A stretch of DNA of 10,001 bases from Zygnema circumcarinatum SAG 698-1b (lineage: Eukaryota; Plantae; Zygnematophyceae): positions 1 to 10,001 of the forward strand of contig JBBHKD010000051.1 of assembly GCA_037447605.1 (NCBI GenBank), written 5' to 3'. A program made the position numbers and the translations under genes. The notes beneath the pieces were generated by a model that saw nothing but the letters and a program-made list of their open reading frames with translations, searched no databases and was not told the DNA's origin. Below are positions 9,004 to 10,001 of this stretch, one piece after another; the stretch's first letter is position 1; every line of letters begins with the position of its first letter.

Positions 9004-9457
9004 TACTTAGCATCTGTTGCTGTAACTGAAGAGGAAGGAAAAGAAGAAAGAAGAACAAGACAACAAACCACACAGCAAATCCAAATACTAAGCCCAGCAC
9101 TAAAAGACAAAAAAAGCATCACTGACATCCCATCTACTTAACACTGACAATAGATCTTGAGTCTTAGCAGTGACAGTCTCTGATTGGCCAACTGCCCACT
9201 GAGAGGCCTGACTGACTACGTGGAGCCTTCGGATAGGTCAATGAATGATAATCGGCGGCCTTAGGCGGTGTTCCCGAGTGCGCCTTGCTGGATGGTGTGC
9301 TGTTCCGTGGGCCGCCAACGCATGGCGCCGCCTTCTCTCAATCTCCGTTGGCAGCTCCTGGATTCCGTTGATCCGTGACACGGAAGAGGCATACGTCAAG
9401 TACAACTGAACGGACGCGGATCCGCCGAACGCAGCTCCGTTACGCTACACCCGTGAC

Positions 9458-9520
9458 GGCTAGTACAGCTAGTACGGGAAGTACGGTTAGTACGGTTAGT
9501 ACGAATAGTACGGCTAACAC
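9458..9520. repeat. 9-bp tandem array, consensus GGYTAGTAC, six good copies and one degenerate
   Basis: GGCTAGTAC AGCTAGTAC GGGAAGTAC GGTTAGTAC GGTTAGTAC GAATAGTAC GGCTAACAC. Confidence 0.93.
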
Positions 9521-9670
9521 AAGTTACCGTACAAAAAGGTGGTTTCGGCAAAATCGGGGCGAATTTCTTGGGGACGCACTTTTGATGGTGGAAAATATGA
9601 CGGGGTCCTACTGTACTGTAATAGCGTAGAACCGTTGTACGAAAATGTACCGTACGGCTCGCTTTGGGGC

Positions 9671-9679
9671 AAACCCTAA
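9671..9679 (+). promoter_or_regulatory. Telo-box AAACCCTAA
   Basis: Exact plant telo-box about 50 bp upstream of the ATG at 9729. Confidence 0.55.
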
Positions 9680-9728
9680 TTCCCAGCGCCTCCCTCCCTC
9701 AGAGCGGTCGGCGGCGAAGGAGGGCGCC

Positions 9729-10001
9729 ATGGCGTCCGCTGCACGGGCCTCCTGCCCTCTCGCCTCCCTCGCCCCTCCCACTCTCTCTCCCACTCCCTCT
9801 CCCTCTCTCGCTCATGTCTCCCTGCACCTCTCTCCATCTTCAGCTTCCCTGCTTCACCCGACCTCGGCCTCCGCAAGCTTCTACAAAGGCCACGTGGCAG
9901 GAGCAAAGGGGGTGACAGCGTGGCATATCAGAGAGATGAATTCTGTGAGTAGCTCTAGAATGTCCAATTTAGTGACACGTGGCGCCAGCTGGAGGGGCTG
10001 C
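9729..10001 (+). CDS. Probable first exon of a host gene, N-terminus resembling a plastid transit peptide; 3'-partial
   Basis: gccATGgcg context and 91 open codons to the window edge: MASAARASCPLASLAPPTLSPTPSPSLAHVSLHLSPSSASLLHPTSASASFYKGHVAG... It starts MA, is S/A/P/L-rich and has one acidic residue. Caveat: CT-rich DNA gives this composition by itself. Confidence 0.55.
   Translation, partial: MASAARASCPLASLAPPTLSPTPSPSLAHVSLHLSPSSASLLHPTSASASFYKGHVAGAKGVTAWHIREMNSVSSSRMSNLVTRGASWRGC

Larger units (their letters stand above)
8447..9150 (-). repeat. Probable 5' LTR of the older element; far boundary uncertain
   Basis: Adjoins the PBS with a CA end at 8447. The partner LTR is outside the window. 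Candidate TG starts near 9143 or 9149 are guesses. Confidence 0.35.

Noticed and set aside
8873-9141. ORFs with ERERER or SLSLSL runs
   Set aside because: Translations of the (CT)n tracts.
9458-9520. CRISPR-like array
   Set aside because: 9-bp contiguous units with no spacers, no cas genes, and a eukaryotic context.
9889-9983. G-boxes GCCACGTGGC and GACACGTGGC as promoter elements
   Set aside because: They lie inside the open frame from 9729 and are explained as codons; reconsider if that ORF proves non-coding.

Overview
Eukaryotic repeat-rich DNA, probably from a plant or streptophyte alga (tRNA-iMet PBSs, telo-box, ABRE-like motifs); the host cannot be named. Most of the window is a full-length Ty3/gypsy LTR retrotransposon (716-7589, + strand). 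It has TG...CA LTRs of about 745 bp, a PBS, gag-PR-RT-RH-IN, a PPT and a perfect 5-bp TSD (CTTGA). It is nested inside the gag gene of an older, oppositely oriented Ty3/gypsy element, and removing the insert restores that gag frame across the TSD. The coding region alternates clean conserved blocks with stretches dense in single-base indels, and the two LTRs are identical for 198 bp and then differ by many indels. This looks more like incompletely polished long-read sequence than age. To the right lie the older element's PBS and probable LTR, two (CT)n tracts, a GTAC-rich 9-bp tandem array, a telo-box, and an ORF from 9729 that runs off the window and resembles a plastid transit peptide (absent from the ORF track). 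The best leads are a tRNA-like A/B-box fold in the LTR, a CpG-free block between gag and pol, and the GTAC cluster. All three are hypotheses, not established systems.
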